Shown here piece by piece: positions 13,597-26,005 of a DNA stretch of 64,000 nt. Position 1 is the first letter of the stretch. Each line of letters starts with the position of its first letter. Position numbers and translations under genes: made by a program. Source of the stretch: Convolutriloba macropyga (lineage: Eukaryota); the NCBI RefSeq assembly GCF_964194025.1, contig NC_134478.1, positions 4,526,001 through 4,590,000 of the forward strand, read 5' to 3'. Under the pieces are notes generated by a model. That model made no database searches. It was not told where the DNA came from and saw only the letters and a program-made list of their open reading frames with translations.

Positions 13597-13778
13597 CCGG
13601 TCATGCTACTGATGACCCCCGGTTATTTATAATTTCAGTCGCAGTGCCTGTGGGCGAGATGGCCGAGAGTCAAGCAGTGTGAATGTGATGCGTTCTGCCA
13701 GGCACAGCTAGTCTCTCTGGTATTCGCTGCCTATTAGTCGGACAAACACAGTGTCCGATATGAACCTCACCTTTACCT
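13597..13778 (+). mobile_element. Structured SINE-like fragment with an RTE-type (ACCTTT) tail
   Basis: GGTCATGC...ATGACC hairpin, AGTCGGACA motif and terminal AACCTCACCTTTACCT resemble 3' parts of RTE-dependent SINEs; several stems. Confidence 0.35.
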
Positions 13779-16672
13779 GTAATCGCTGTGATTGATATGG
13801 TTTTCCATTTAAAATTTTTATTTTGGCGATGGAACGCTCTAAATAAGCAAATTGTTAACGCTATGTATAATTTAAAGTTCGTCCAAAGTCTCTTTCGACG
13901 AAGAGTTTGTTTCTGCCATCAGTAAATAAAAACTTTGGGCAGACAAGGAGAGCTTTCTTACCAGACTGAAAGGTTGACTGTGATACAGAGCTACGTAATA
14001 GAGCGTGCAGAATGGCCGTGCGTATTGATATTGTCTTTTGCTAACCATTTTGATGGAAGAAAGTTATTATACGCCAGATTGGTATCCCAGACACCTTTGA
14101 ACGCAATGCGCACGTTGGCATCGGAGGATTTTTCGTTTTTTTTCTGGGTTTTTGTATGCAGTTAAATTTATTTATTACTAGCTGCTGTAGTGAATTGTCA
14201 TTAGCCTTCTCGGTTTTTACAATTCCAAGATTGTGAATTGTTTTTTGACGAGCAGTCAGTTTACAACTTGCAGAGTCGTTTTGATGGAGCAGCTTTTTTA
14301 TCGATAATTTTGTTTGTTGAGTTTATTTGGAACAGGAAGTGAAAGGTGTGAAAATTAGGCGTTCATGTTAAATTGCTGAATAGTTAAGAGCAGAAAGAAC
14401 AGATAGCTTATTTGCTCTCAGACGAAATTTCTAGCAATAATATTAGTCCTTCTGGTTCTTGTGCGATTATTTGTACTACGAACGTCCTGGTCTGATCGTT
14501 TTTTTTTGTCTGGCCATTTGACTTTTTGTCCTCAAAAACGGGATAGCCAAGTAAAGCCCGGTGTGCATTGAGTTCTCTTATAGCCTTACGGCTTCGGCAT
14601 ATTAGTCGCTAAGTATACAACTCACGAAACTTTTGAAGAGACATAAATTCACCGAAGCTGTTGAAAGCGGGTTTCACACACTTCATCTTAATCCTCCGTC
14701 TAATCACCCCTCTTTCTGTGCGCCTCACTACTTATCCCCTTTTTACTCCACCTCATTCGACCCGTAACGGAGAACGCTCACACCACCCCGTGCTCACTCC
14801 ACCCACTCCCCCCCTTCGATTAAGCTAAAGCTAGCCTCCCTAAGCCGCAGTTTGCAACTGACCAGCATGTTTCTGTAGAGGACGCATTTTTGAGAGAGAG
14901 AGAGCCTGAAAAGGTGTAAAATTTTTCGCTAAACGAGGGACAATTTTTGATCAGGTGTGGTTTTTTAAATCAATTTTTCGTGTTTAATTTTGTCCGAAAA
15001 AAAAAAATTTCATGGGTACATAAACCAGTATTTGCACTTTTGGACGTATTTTGATCCTCTGAAGCATTTATAAGACCTTAGGATGCCATTGTGTGCTATG
15101 TTCTGTCATTTTTTGTTTGAGACGTTTTTTTGTTATTTTTTGCCTTGATTTTATCGAGTTTGCCTTAGTTTTCTTGTTTCGAGTTCTTGCCGAATTTTTA
15201 GTGGTTATGGTTACCTATTGCTGGTCTAGGTGCTGGAGGTTTTTAGACATAGGAGACACCTCAGATATTACTGATCAAGTCTATATATTGTACCAGAAAG
15301 AAAAACAGTTTATAATCAATTTTCTCCTCTTTTTCTATTCTTCTCTCAATGTTCATGAATTGGCGTAAAAGCTATTAATTGGTTTTTCTAGACTGTTAAC
15401 TTTGGTGTCTAACTCGGAAACATTGTCTTTTTAGAAATTCCAATAGCGCACAAGTAGTTAAAGGCTGGCTCTGAGTTTTTTCCTTTTTCAGTTTTTATAC
15501 CAACGCATTATTTTGTTCGAATCGAAAATCTAATGGCTCTGCCCCCTTGTAGAGAAAGCTAAGCCAAAGTTTAATAACAACTGGGTTTTTTGAAATTCCG
15601 TTTTAGCGTTGGGGTGTATCCAAACGAAGAAGTTTATCTAAGAAGTTTAACTAAGAAGTCTTGCATTCTGCTCTAATGCATTTCGTCTCATTGCATGCAG
15701 AATTCTTTGTGCGTCATTTTGACATTCAAACTTTGTTCTAAGTTTGACATTTTTTATCTTCGTGTCGCAAAATATGATTTTTGTTGACTGTGAATTACAT
15801 TTCACTCCACTTGAATTGCTCAATTCGTACCCCGTTTCTTTTTACTTAAGTTAAAGTTACTTGAGTTGAGTAACCCATTAATCCAGGTTTGAAATTCTAT
15901 CGATTTTGTCGTCTTCGGAAATATATGTTAAGATGCTAAGAAATTCCACACACATTACAGGGAAATCCACTGATCAGTCTTAAGGATAGTGATTACATCT
16001 GGGTACTTATGAACCATTCTGTTTTAAAGATCTGAAACTGTCTGAATGCTTTGCCGTAGCTATCTCAATCTAGTTTAAAATGGACTCATTTGATATTTTA
16101 CCTATAGTGTCTTGTACCAAGTAAGTATAAGTAATTTTCGATGTGAGATCGAAAATGTAAGTGTAAGTGAGTTCTTGGAATCTTACTTGAACCTTAATCT
16201 ACACTTGTCTTACAATAAAGGTGAGTGTGCAGGTGAGCAATATAGGCGTCGCCTTTTGCATAACCACAGGAGACTTTATTTTTGTAAATTCAATTAGCAA
16301 TGGCGTGAGAGCTTACACTTCACTCTCGAGCAGTCAGAAGCCCCTTCACATGTAGATTGAATTTTAAAATTTCAATTAAGAGCAATCACAGTTCGGTCGC
16401 ACAAAAAAATGACCAATAAGCACTCGAGAGTCTCGCTCAATAAACTTAGGTTCTCCACAGATGATATTGCATCTCGATTATCTCAGATGGTCAAAGTTTT
16501 TTGTAGTTTTTTTTGCATTTTATTGCCTTTGTTGCTTTTTGTCGTCTTCGCGTTTAGTCACTTTAATGACAAGCCACTTAGTGTTTTTATAAAGTAACAG
16601 TGAACCCACGGATCTATTCAGGTTTTTTATTTAAGACATCGGTACTGTTTTAAATTTTTTTTTGACCTGATT

Positions 16673-17025
16673 AATTGCTCTTGAAGTTCATAGCAATTTT
16701 TGTAAACGTGTTGGTCTTTTATGCAAATTTTTTGCTTGAACGTTTTTGTGCTTTTCTTCTAGAACATTCTTTGACTTCTCAAGTGACTTTTTCTCGCTTT
16801 CGTTTTGCATTTAAGTGATCTCTATTGCTCTCACTCCGTAGTAAAGCTTGTTACTAATATATATAATCGGTTGCAGCATAACAACATTGAGGGCCTGATA
16901 GCCGAGTGGGCAGTGCATCTGGTTATGGACCGGGAGGTCAATGGTTCGCATCGCGGCGGGGTAAATTGTTTTTCCACCCGCCTGTCGTTGGAGAGCAATT
17001 CTTCCGACTTAAGTCGGTTTATGTT
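16673..17025 (+). mobile_element. Helentron/DINE-1-like non-autonomous element, family C, with an internal tRNA-like cassette
   Basis: subTIR AATTGCTCTTGAA 16673-16685 / TTGGAGAGCAATT 16988-17000; 3' hairpin CCGACTTAAGTCGG 17004-17017; A box TAGCCGAGTGG 16899, B-box-like GGTTCGCATC 16943. Confidence 0.65.
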
Positions 17026-17323
17026 TTGTTGTTTGATTTCTTGTCTCAGTTTCATTGATCATTTTTTTCACCAGCCCTCTGTTTTCGCAACTTTTGATCC
17101 ATTCAATTTCTGTAGGCTGCAGCTAATAGTTTTTTTATTCGCAGATACCATTTGTTTCCGGTCAGTTGCTGTTAAATTAATTTCGTTTGTTTATTGTTAC
17201 TGTCCTTTGGAGTAATTAAAAAAGGTTTTTTTTAAACGTAAAGTAGTATAGTATTGTGTTTAAAGATTTAAGTATATACTAACGTCTTTAAATGACGTTG
17301 ACGTCAAAAACTGGGAGAACAAA

Positions 17324-17327
<4 letters not shown>

Positions 17328-17361
<34 letters not shown>
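17328..17361. repeat. (CT)n microsatellite
   Basis: Seen directly. Confidence 0.9.
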
Positions 17362-17362
<1 letters not shown>

Positions 17363-18327
17363 AGTTCAGGACTTATCCTGCTGTTTTTTCATTTCCTCGT
17401 CAAGTTTTTTTTCACGACCTCACCCTCAATTCGAATTTGCGCTTTGTTCTTTCTTTTATGCATTTTTGACTGGATTGCGTGCGTGACATAATTTTTCAGT
17501 CTAATGGAATCTTTTTTGTTCATTCTTGCGATTGGTTTTGGTTACCTGTGAATTAACCCTCTCCAATTGCTGTTCCTCAAATTAATTTTTGCTTACTATA
17601 AATGACAGAGAAGGTCCCATGAGTGTATGTCGCGCTAATTGAAGGTTATTTGGGGCGACACTTTGTAAGAAAAGCAGCACGCAAATTATTCAATTTCTAG
17701 GAAATCGAAATTGCTAAGTTTCTTTTTCGTCCTTCTTATTTCTTGGTTTCATTTGCTTTTGAGGCTGCTGGTCCACGAAGTTATTGTAGCTATTTTTTGG
17801 CAATCTGGCAGCTTAGTTATGAATTTGTGTATGGAAATTATCTATCATATCAATGTTTCGTCTTAGTGTATATTTACAATTGTTTGTGCACATTTGATGA
17901 AATGCAAAGACGTGAACTGCTAAATTTCGTTCTCAGGAATCTATCGGCAACAATTGATGGTGGCTGGAGCAGTTTTTTTGTTTGAATTCAAATTCAATGT
18001 GGAAATTATGTAACATTTATGTTATGAGAAAATTGTTCTCTTTAGATAAAAATGACCAAGAACAAAAATTTTCAATATATTCCTTGTAAATGATCTGATG
18101 AAGGTACTTTTGTTTGAAGTTTCGATAGAGGAATTGGATTTTAACTATTTTATACGACTGAGAAAATACAAAATAAATGTAGTATCGTGTAATGTTTGCT
18201 CTCCTTATATTTGATTTGGTCACTTTCCCTGCCTTATATATTTTCTTGAGTTAATTTTGCGCTTCTTCGGGAATCGAATTGCCATTTTTCCCGCTTTTGA
18301 CGAGATAACCGAGTTTCAGATTGTGAA

Positions 18328-18721
18328 ATGCTTCTGAGAGGGCCAAATGAAGAAGAAGTGACCTTCGAGGTCCCCAATTTTGAAACCCTGAAAGTACGAG
18401 AACTGATTGAGAAATTACCACAAGACATTAGAGACATGGATCTCCTTTTTGTATCTGAGGGTTGTATATTGAATCCTTCAAAAACTCTAAAAGACTACAA
18501 CATATCTGAGTCGAGTATTATTAACTATCTGATAAGACCTGAGATGAACGAGGAAGAGATGATTAAAGAAAAAGCCCGATGCAGTCTTCCTTCTAACCCA
18601 ACTGAGGTTGTGAAATCATTTCGAGTGTTGCTTGACCAATTGGATCTACCATTTGGGGAAAAATTGAAGGAAATTGTTTACAATGAGGAGAGTTTTGCGT
18701 CCATTTTGGCAGCTGTACCAG
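18328..18721 (+). CDS. UBL7: UBL7 coding exon 1 (UBL domain)
   Basis: ORF 18328; donor G|GTATGT at 18722; a TTTCAG acceptor at 18314-18319 suggests an upstream exon or leader. Confidence 0.88.
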
Positions 18722-21700
18722 GTATGTATAGGCACAAAAATTTATATTGATTCATTCTTGCTACTAATAAGATTTACATGCTTTCTACATGTATAATATT
18801 GGGATGGGATCTACATTTTTTCACGATTTTTTTTCGATAGGGTCCGGATTTTTGCCGACCTGTCTAAGATTTCAGAAAATTATAATACTCTAATTCATGG
18901 CGTCGGTAGGAAATAAATTGGACTGTTGGTGATTCGATTTACTTGAGCTGTTTTTGCTGAAAGGTTATTTTTCATTTCCTTCTATTAGTCGAGTGCCAGT
19001 AATTGTAATTGTTATCCTCATTGTGTTTAATAGCAGCCGTCAGCCTCTCAACGGCTATTATTTAGGCGCTCTCCTTTTTTTACAAGTCAAAGAATTTGAA
19101 TTGTATTGGGGGCTGTCCTTTTTTTTAAGATCTGTTCACACATTTTCATGATTTTTGAAGTCAAATTGGAGTAGTGATTTTGGTCACGCCGAAACAGGAA
19201 ATAGAGCGAAAAAGCGAGTGGTTTTGCGGCTTGAATTTTTTTGCTCTAATTTTAATGTAGTGAGAGAACGGTGTTTGAACAAAAATTCGCTTTCTCGCTA
19301 GTAGTTTTTTGTTCACATGCGGCAATTTCACTTTGATTTTCACTTTTTTCGATTTTTTGGATAGGATTTTTTTTCGAAATGGTTTTTCCAATCTATTCAT
19401 AATTCATTATAGGCCTTAGTTTTTTGTTTGATTTTTGTTTGAACCAAATTTCCTTTTCTCGCTAGTGGTTTTTTTGTTCACATGCGGCATTTTCACATTG
19501 ATTTTTTTTTTTAAATTTTCTGATCTGATTTTTTCAGAAATGGTTTTCCCAATTTACTCTGTCCGTTTTAGGTCTGGTTTGTTGTATAGTCAATGAAAAT
19601 TCTTTGAATTCTGCGCCACGACTTGTCCTGATATGTTTTTCAATTCGCTTTACCTTTTGATCACGTTTTTCGTCTTACATAAGTCACGACACGTTTTACT
19701 TCTGACTTACCTCACTTATTGTTTCAACTGAATGGTTTTTAAATCCAATCACTCAATGAATTACACAAGATGGTGAATACAGTCAAGGTCAAAAGAGCAA
19801 CATCAAAAGAGACGGGATAAACCGATAAAGGTCATTAAGTCATTGAGAATTAGGTTATCAAAGTTCATTAGTGTTTGCTAGCTGACATTGGTAATAAGCT
19901 TATTAGGTTTCAGTTTAGAAGCTGAATTAAGTATCGTTTTAGAATCCAAATGAAACTGCACGCTAAATTAGAACTCTTTTTGACACTGAAAAAAATACAA
20001 AAAAATTCGGTCAATTTTTTGCTGTTCCAATCCCGATGTGCATCAAGCGCGTAAACGGCGGCTATTTTCCGGCAATCTGCCTGCTATGTTTTGTTTTGTA
20101 ATCACACGCTTTCCTAATTTCCTGCAAATTGTGCAATTTCAATGGTGGAAAGGAAGCGACCCTCAGCTGCTTACGATGACTTCCGAGAGAAAAATGGCTC
20201 TGGTCACTCCATCGCGTCCAGGATGCTCTTAGATTACTCTTCCAAACAGCCAAATGGCATGACGTGATGTCCCTCGAAATACACGCAATGTTCTTTTTGA
20301 GTGGCTCAATTTCAGTTCACAATTTTGATCGTTTAGCAAGTTTTTGGACGTACTCAGATAAGAGTATTTTCCGATATTTTTATGATAGGTAGGTACCTTG
20401 AAATTCGGGTGATGCATGGAGGTAGCGATGCATAAAGATGCAAAGGAAGGTGATTCGGGGTGGAGGCTCTTCATTTTGTAGCTCGTCTACAAAACTGTTT
20501 CGTCTGCACTGACTTCTCTGCTTCTCCTGATTGATCCAAGAATAACGAGAATCAAAAGAGTATTTTCCAGAAATTGTTATATTGTGTAGGTAAGTGGACA
20601 AAAAGGGGGTTATTTTTTAAACTGAAAGCCTTAAGAAAGATAATTGATTTGTTCTTTTATTTTGCGTAAAATTTTAAAAACCCAATTTTGACGATAATGA
20701 TGAAACTTTTTCGATCAAAATCTTTTGCTTCATTTTATTGGTATTTTATTTGTAGTAAATACTGTTTTTCCGCATTGTCTGATAATTCTTAATTTATTAT
20801 CTTTTCCACTCACGTTCTTGCCTGTGTACTTTGTGTTCAAGTCCTTTGCAACTCGTTAAGAAAGTATTTAGTCCTCGTGCATAGTTGATGTGCATATTTT
20901 TAAATTGCTGAACTTCCAAGACTTGCTCAATGCACAATAATTGACGGAACGTTTGATTGTCAATTGAAAAACATTTTTAAGATAATTTTTTTATTTCCCA
21001 GTTTTTATGTGATGTTTTGGTAGTGACTTTCGTGATCAATGAGTGATTTATCACATTAGAAGTCTTTTTGGTTATGGTTTTTGATATGGAAGTTGTTAAT
21101 ATAAATGTACAAAATTGCTTTTACTAGTTTTTCATTTATCCATTTTCCAGCAAGTTTTGTCCAAATTGGTTTTTTCAGTTTTTGTTCATTTGCAATTATC
21201 GATTTTATTTTGCATGTTGAGATGTTTGTTACACAGTAGTCATAAAATAATCTGTCCTTCTTCTAAACACAGTAAATTTACTGATCTCTAAACTCCTTTT
21301 TCTTCTTCGCACTCAAAAAATTATTTTGAAGAATAGGAAAAGAAGTCGGAAATGCTGGAAAGCAATTTTGAACAGTTAAAACTTATTTATACATACATAA
21401 TTGGAAAATTGCTTATTGCTCTTTACCCATTGCTTTTGAGTTTTGAGATGGTTGAAGAAAATTGACTTGTGACTTATTTGGTGTACACCAAATTCTGGTG
21501 GCTTCTGATAGCATTCCACTAGTCTTTCCGCAATACTCCAAAAATATGTAAGTTTATACAAATGAAAATAGTGCTATTTATTGCAAGTATTAATTTAGAT
21601 TTGTCGCTACGGTGATTTCTTGCTCCAATTATTTAATGCTCTCGCAGAGAAGCAATTATTGTAAACGTGTGTGTCTTTTTTATGCAAAATTTTTGCTTCA

Positions 21701-24700
21701 CCGTTTTTTGAATTTTCCAGTGACTTGTACGCCCTTGACTTTTTTGCTTTTGGCGTGGTCTAAAATTATGTTTGCCTTTGTGGGCTAATCTTTGCAGACT
21801 TGAAAATTCTAGTGGTCTTTTTTCCCATAAATATTACCCAAGAGTACGGTGACCACATTGTTTTTTCTCCGAGAGAAATTTAAAATATTTTTTTGTTTCA
21901 AAAAAAGAGCCGGTTCTCCGACCATGGGTTTTGAAGATATGTAAAAAAAAAGCTCACCGGGAATTTTGAAAAGGTGGCCAGAAGTATCAAGTATTTGGAG
22001 TACAAAAGATTATTTATAGCCGCCGTCAGACTGTCAACAGCTACTATTTAGACGCTCTCCTTTTTATTACAATTTAAAGAATTTGAATTGTTTTGGGGCA
22101 CTGTCTGTTTTTGACTCGAATAGGAGTATCGGAGAGGTGCCTTTTTTTAAATCAAGTTTATTGGAGTGAATTTTGAAGCAGGAAATAAAGGGTGTAAAAA
22201 GTTGAAGTCGCTTGCCGAAGAGTTGAGCGAGAATTTTTTTGACGTGCGGCTTTTGAAAGCTGTTGTTTTTCATTTTTTGGTTTGTATTATATTGTTTTTA
22301 TCTTAGGTTCTTTTTGATATTGGCTTAACTGTTTCTCGTAAAAAATATGAGTTTAATTTTATTTTGGAGATTTTTCAGCTGTTCCGCTTATTTTTAGGCA
22401 AATTTTATCGATATTGTGCATATTTTTTGTTTTTCTGCCTTAAGTGGAATTCGAAAAGATGTTTAGTAATAAGCGAGATTTTGGATACCAAGTGAATTTA
22501 GTTTGGTTGTTAAAGAACATGTTTACAAATTTCCTTAAAAAATAGAGAAATTTAAAACTTCTTAATTTCTTGCAGTTTTTTTCTATATTTTTAGACCAGT
22601 TTCCTAGTCTATTGTTTCTTGCCTGTTGTTCTGCGAGCATTCCAATACTCGTATATACTTTTTCGTTGTCTTTTTTGGGCCTTGTAATTAAAAAATCATT
22701 TTGTATTTTTTAGTTCGTTTTTTTATACGAGCTTTTTTTTGTTTTAGTTTTTATAGGGGCTGGATATTTTGCTCCAAATTGATTAGTATTAGTGAGTAAG
22801 ATGTTACTCACTGTTCATTATGTCAGGTAGGGTGGTCATTTTTCTCCTTCGAGTCGTTTCCGGAATTCTTCGGCTATGTTTTTTTAAGTTATGTTCACAC
22901 TTTTTCATGTTTTTTGAAGTCAAATTGAAGGATTTTGGTCACGCTGACACTTGAAGTGGACCGAAAACTCAAGTGGTTTTGCGGCGTGAATCTTTTGCGC
23001 TAATGTTAATTTAAATTTAGATTAATGAACGAAAATTCGCGGTATTTTAACATTGATTTTACCGTTTTTTCGACTTTTCAATTTGATTTTTTAAATGGTT
23101 TTTATGTTCATTAATCGCCTATTTTAGGTCAAGTTTAGTTTAATCAGTCTATGAAAATTCTTTGAATTGTGTCAGGACTTGTCCTGCTGTTTTAATTCGC
23201 TCAACCTTATCACGTTTTTTGTTTTACATATGTCGCGAGTTTCACTTTGACTCGTGTCATACCTCACTGACTGTTTCTACTGAATGGGCTTAAAGTTCTT
23301 TCATGCATTTAATTACGCAATGTAGTGAATTCAGTCATTGTCAAAAGAGCAAATCAAAAGAAATGGGATAAACCGATTAAGTCATAGTGCAATAGGTTAG
23401 CAAAGTTCATCAGAGTGATTGCTAGACGAGTGTGTTAATAGCTTGCACTTCAGAAGCTGAATTAAGTATAGTTTGAGAATGTAATTGAAACTGTACACCG
23501 AGTTTACGACACTTTTTGAAACTTAGGGAAAAAGTATGTCAATTTCTATCTCCTTTTTTTCTGTTTCAATCCCGATGTGCCGGCTATGTTATTATATTTG
23601 AAAACAGAAAAAGTCTTCTGGCCAATAAGGGCTTGGTGTGCTTACGCAGAATCAAATTTTTCCTTGTTGTGTTGCATATGTGAGTATGACCTGGTTTGCG
23701 AGAATGATTTAAACAGTCAATCCTTGGCACGCGATTTGCCCGTTTATTTATTTAGTCTTGATTGAGTAAATTATATGCTGGTTTCCTTTTGAACTATTTT
23801 ATTTTTATCCCAGGCTTGCATGTAAATGAAAATTTGATATTGTTCAGGTCTGCGTGAAGATGTAGAGAGTATGAAAATGTTGAAGGATCTGGCAATTCTG
23901 AAGTATTATGTGAGAAAAGAGAACATAGGAGCCATCAAAGAGAAACACCCCGCCCTTCTCTGTGCAATTAGCCATATCAACATACAACTCACGTCCAGTA
24001 TAGACACTCTCACTGCTATGCAGTCTCTGTTCAAGTAAGTTGCTTTCACAGACCCACTTTACAGTTCTTTGTTATGTACAAGTTTACACAAATGAGGGGC
24101 TAGTAATTTTACTCGGATTTGAAACCGGAAGCCGTTCTGTAATCTTATTTCAAAACGGAGCATTTTAAAACGGATTTGGGATCTAATCTATTCTGTTTTG
24201 CCCCCTCCCCCAGTGTTTTTACGCCCTTCTCCCCCCAAGTTTTTTCTACGCCCGCAGTTACAAATTATATGTTGTTATATAGCACGGTACTAGTAAGAAA
24301 ATAGCACGTGCTCCTGGAGGGCGTGGCGTAAAAATATAAGCTCACTAAGCTGGGGGTGGGGGCAAAACAGAATAGATCCCTGATTTGCCTTATGCGGATT
24401 TGCTCTTTGGGTCATTTCAATTATAGTCCTCCCCCCCCCCCCCCCCCCGCCCGGGAAATATGCAGAATTTATCCCAAATGGAAAACTGAAATTTCAGGTG
24501 CAATTAAGGGATAAGTTTGTTTGCAGATCAGATTTTGATTTTATCTGTACATCTAAATTACTACCTGACATTGTCTTGTATGTCTAGTATTGCGACTCGG
24601 CATAATTTGTTATAGCCAGGGACCCGATGACGATTATGAAGACGATGATGATTTCTACGGCACTGATGATGACTACATGATGGACATAGACTCTGGGGAC

Positions 24701-25610
24701 CAGTTCAGCAACCTTATCTTCCCTCCAGCTCCCAGCGATGCAACTGGTCAAGCGGCTGCAGCTGCCGCCAATAATGGCTCGGGTGGTGGCGGTGCAAACA
24801 GCCTTACAGCAGACTTCTTCTCACAGGCTTTAGATAATGTGCTAGCTGGTCGAGGAGGATCTTTTGCGAATCCTTTAGCTTCTACATCGGGTACTTTGCC
24901 TCCAACTGAAATAGAGTCTAGTTTGTAATACGGACCTAACTAAATGCCACTATATTGAAAATATGCCTGTGCTGGATTTGAACCAGTATCTCTTAAGCTA
25001 AGACTCATGTGCTACCAAATGTGATAGACTCATGTCTAGACTCATATCACCAAATGGTCGTATGTTCTACACCTTGGAGATCATATGACCATTTGACGAA
25101 ATTTAGTACTATTTGTTATTAAAGTCCTTTGAATTATAAACCAAAATTTATACGTAACTTCTGCCCAGTCATGCAACCTGGATGAAACACGCATTTTGCC
25201 AGTTCAAAATCGCTGAAAGGTTTTGGCATTTCAACTGACATCTGCATTCATTTCGGTTTTCATTTCAACCTTTCAACTGCTTTCGGCGTTTCAAAATCCT
25301 CTACATGCTCGATTTAAACCTGTACACGCTTATTCCAGCCAAATAAGCTACAAAAACGATTCGTTACCATTTAAAAAGGATTTATGCCTGTTAGATTCGG
25401 GGGAGGAGGCAAGGAACAGAATGGTTCCAAAATGTGCTCTCGTTTGTAGCATCTTCAAGCAGTGCTCCAACACCCTTCGTTCCAACCCAAGAACAGGTAC
25501 AACAGATGTGTGAGATGGGCATTTCGGAGGACAGGGCCACTCTAGCTCTCACTCGAAGTCAAGGCAACCTCGAGCGGGCACTCGATATGCTGTTCAGCGG
25601 AGAGATTTGA
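18328..25610 (+). CDS. UBL7: Ubiquitin-like protein 7 orthologue; join(18328-18721,23848-24034,24616-24890,25450-25610), 338 aa
   Basis: N-terminal UBL domain; SFRVL, ILAAVPGLRED and HPALLCAI match UBL7 motifs (FRVL, IIVATPGLSSD, HPALVNAI); acidic/low-complexity linker with LTADFFSQAL; C-terminal UBA (QVQQMCEMGISEDRATLALTRSQGNLERALDMLF). GT-AG introns of phases 1, 2, 1 give a 1017-nt open frame. Confidence 0.9.
19029..20095 (+). mobile_element. Helentron/DINE-1-like element, family A (UBL7 intron 1)
   Basis: 5' subTIR AATAGCAGCCGT with adjacent partial IR ACGGCTA; 3' subTIR ACGGCGGCTATT 20055-20066 followed by the CCGGCA-ATC-TGCC(T)G hairpin and a T-run; internal tandem unit at ~19270-19580. 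Confidence 0.7.
22017..23590 (+). mobile_element. Family A element with a nested family B insertion; 3' subTIR deleted
   Basis: TAGCCGCCGT start; colinear with 19029-20095 apart from the insertion 22113-22880; 3' end reads CGATGTGC|CGGCTATG. Confidence 0.7.
22113..22880 (+). mobile_element. Helentron/DINE-1-like element, family B, nested in a T-run of family A
   Basis: subTIR GACTCGAATAGGAG / CTCCTTCGAGTC (22844-22855), 3' hairpin CCGGA..TTCGG then CTATG-Tn; related fragments at ~6470-6815 and ~14300-14360. Confidence 0.6.
23848..24034 (+). CDS. UBL7: UBL7 coding exon 2
   Basis: TTCAG| acceptor, |GTAAGT donor; encodes GLREDVESMKMLKDLAIL...HPALLCAI; absent from the ORF track. Confidence 0.88.
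24178..24380. mobile_element. MITE (~200 bp, ~31-bp TIRs) in UBL7 intron 2
   Basis: GGGATCTA(ATCTA)TTCTGTTTTGCCCCCTCCCCCAG versus CTGGGGGTGGGGGCAAAACAGAATAGATCCC; TSD not clear. Confidence 0.75.
24616..24890 (+). CDS. UBL7: UBL7 coding exon 3
   Basis: TTATAG| acceptor; in frame with ORF 24590; weak donor G|GTACTT. Confidence 0.8.
24965..25030 (-). mobile_element. tRNA-derived SINE head / tRNA pseudogene in UBL7 intron 3
   Basis: Minus strand TTTGGTAGCAC (A-box-like) and GGTTCAAATCC (B box, 24974-24984) at tRNA-like spacing; no intact cloverleaf. Confidence 0.5.
25450..25610 (+). CDS. UBL7: UBL7 coding exon 4 (UBA domain, stop TGA)
   Basis: TTTGTAG| acceptor; MGI UBA motif; stop at 25608-25610. 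Confidence 0.88.
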
Positions 25611-26005
25611 TTGATAACTTTGAATTTGCGCCGAGCTTATATTTTTCTATTCGTCCCTCTTACCCGACTTTTTAACAATTGATTTAATTGTCATAGGAGT
25701 GTTTTCACAATGATGCAGTTTTAAATATACTAAAAAGCAGAGGGTTATAAGATAGCACTATTACATTTAAGGGCGGTAGGAGCTAAAATTTTAACGATGC
25801 ACTGATTGGCTGCTTTCTACAGTGGTCTGGCAGAGGGAATGAAAAGAAGTTTATGCTGTTGATATATTAACCAACGATTTAATTTAGTTTGTCATAGAGA
25901 TCTTTCTTTTTTTGTATCCTAGGTAATTGACTTGTGAGTAGAAGTACCGGCAGCGGTGGTTATAGAATGAAGAATCGTTTTGCCTATATAAATGAATATT
26001 TTTAT

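Noticed and set aside
16891-16962. Functional tRNA genes (also 26318-26390, 29060-29130, 24965-25030)
   Set aside because: A/B boxes are present but acceptor and anticodon stems do not pair; most are embedded in repeats
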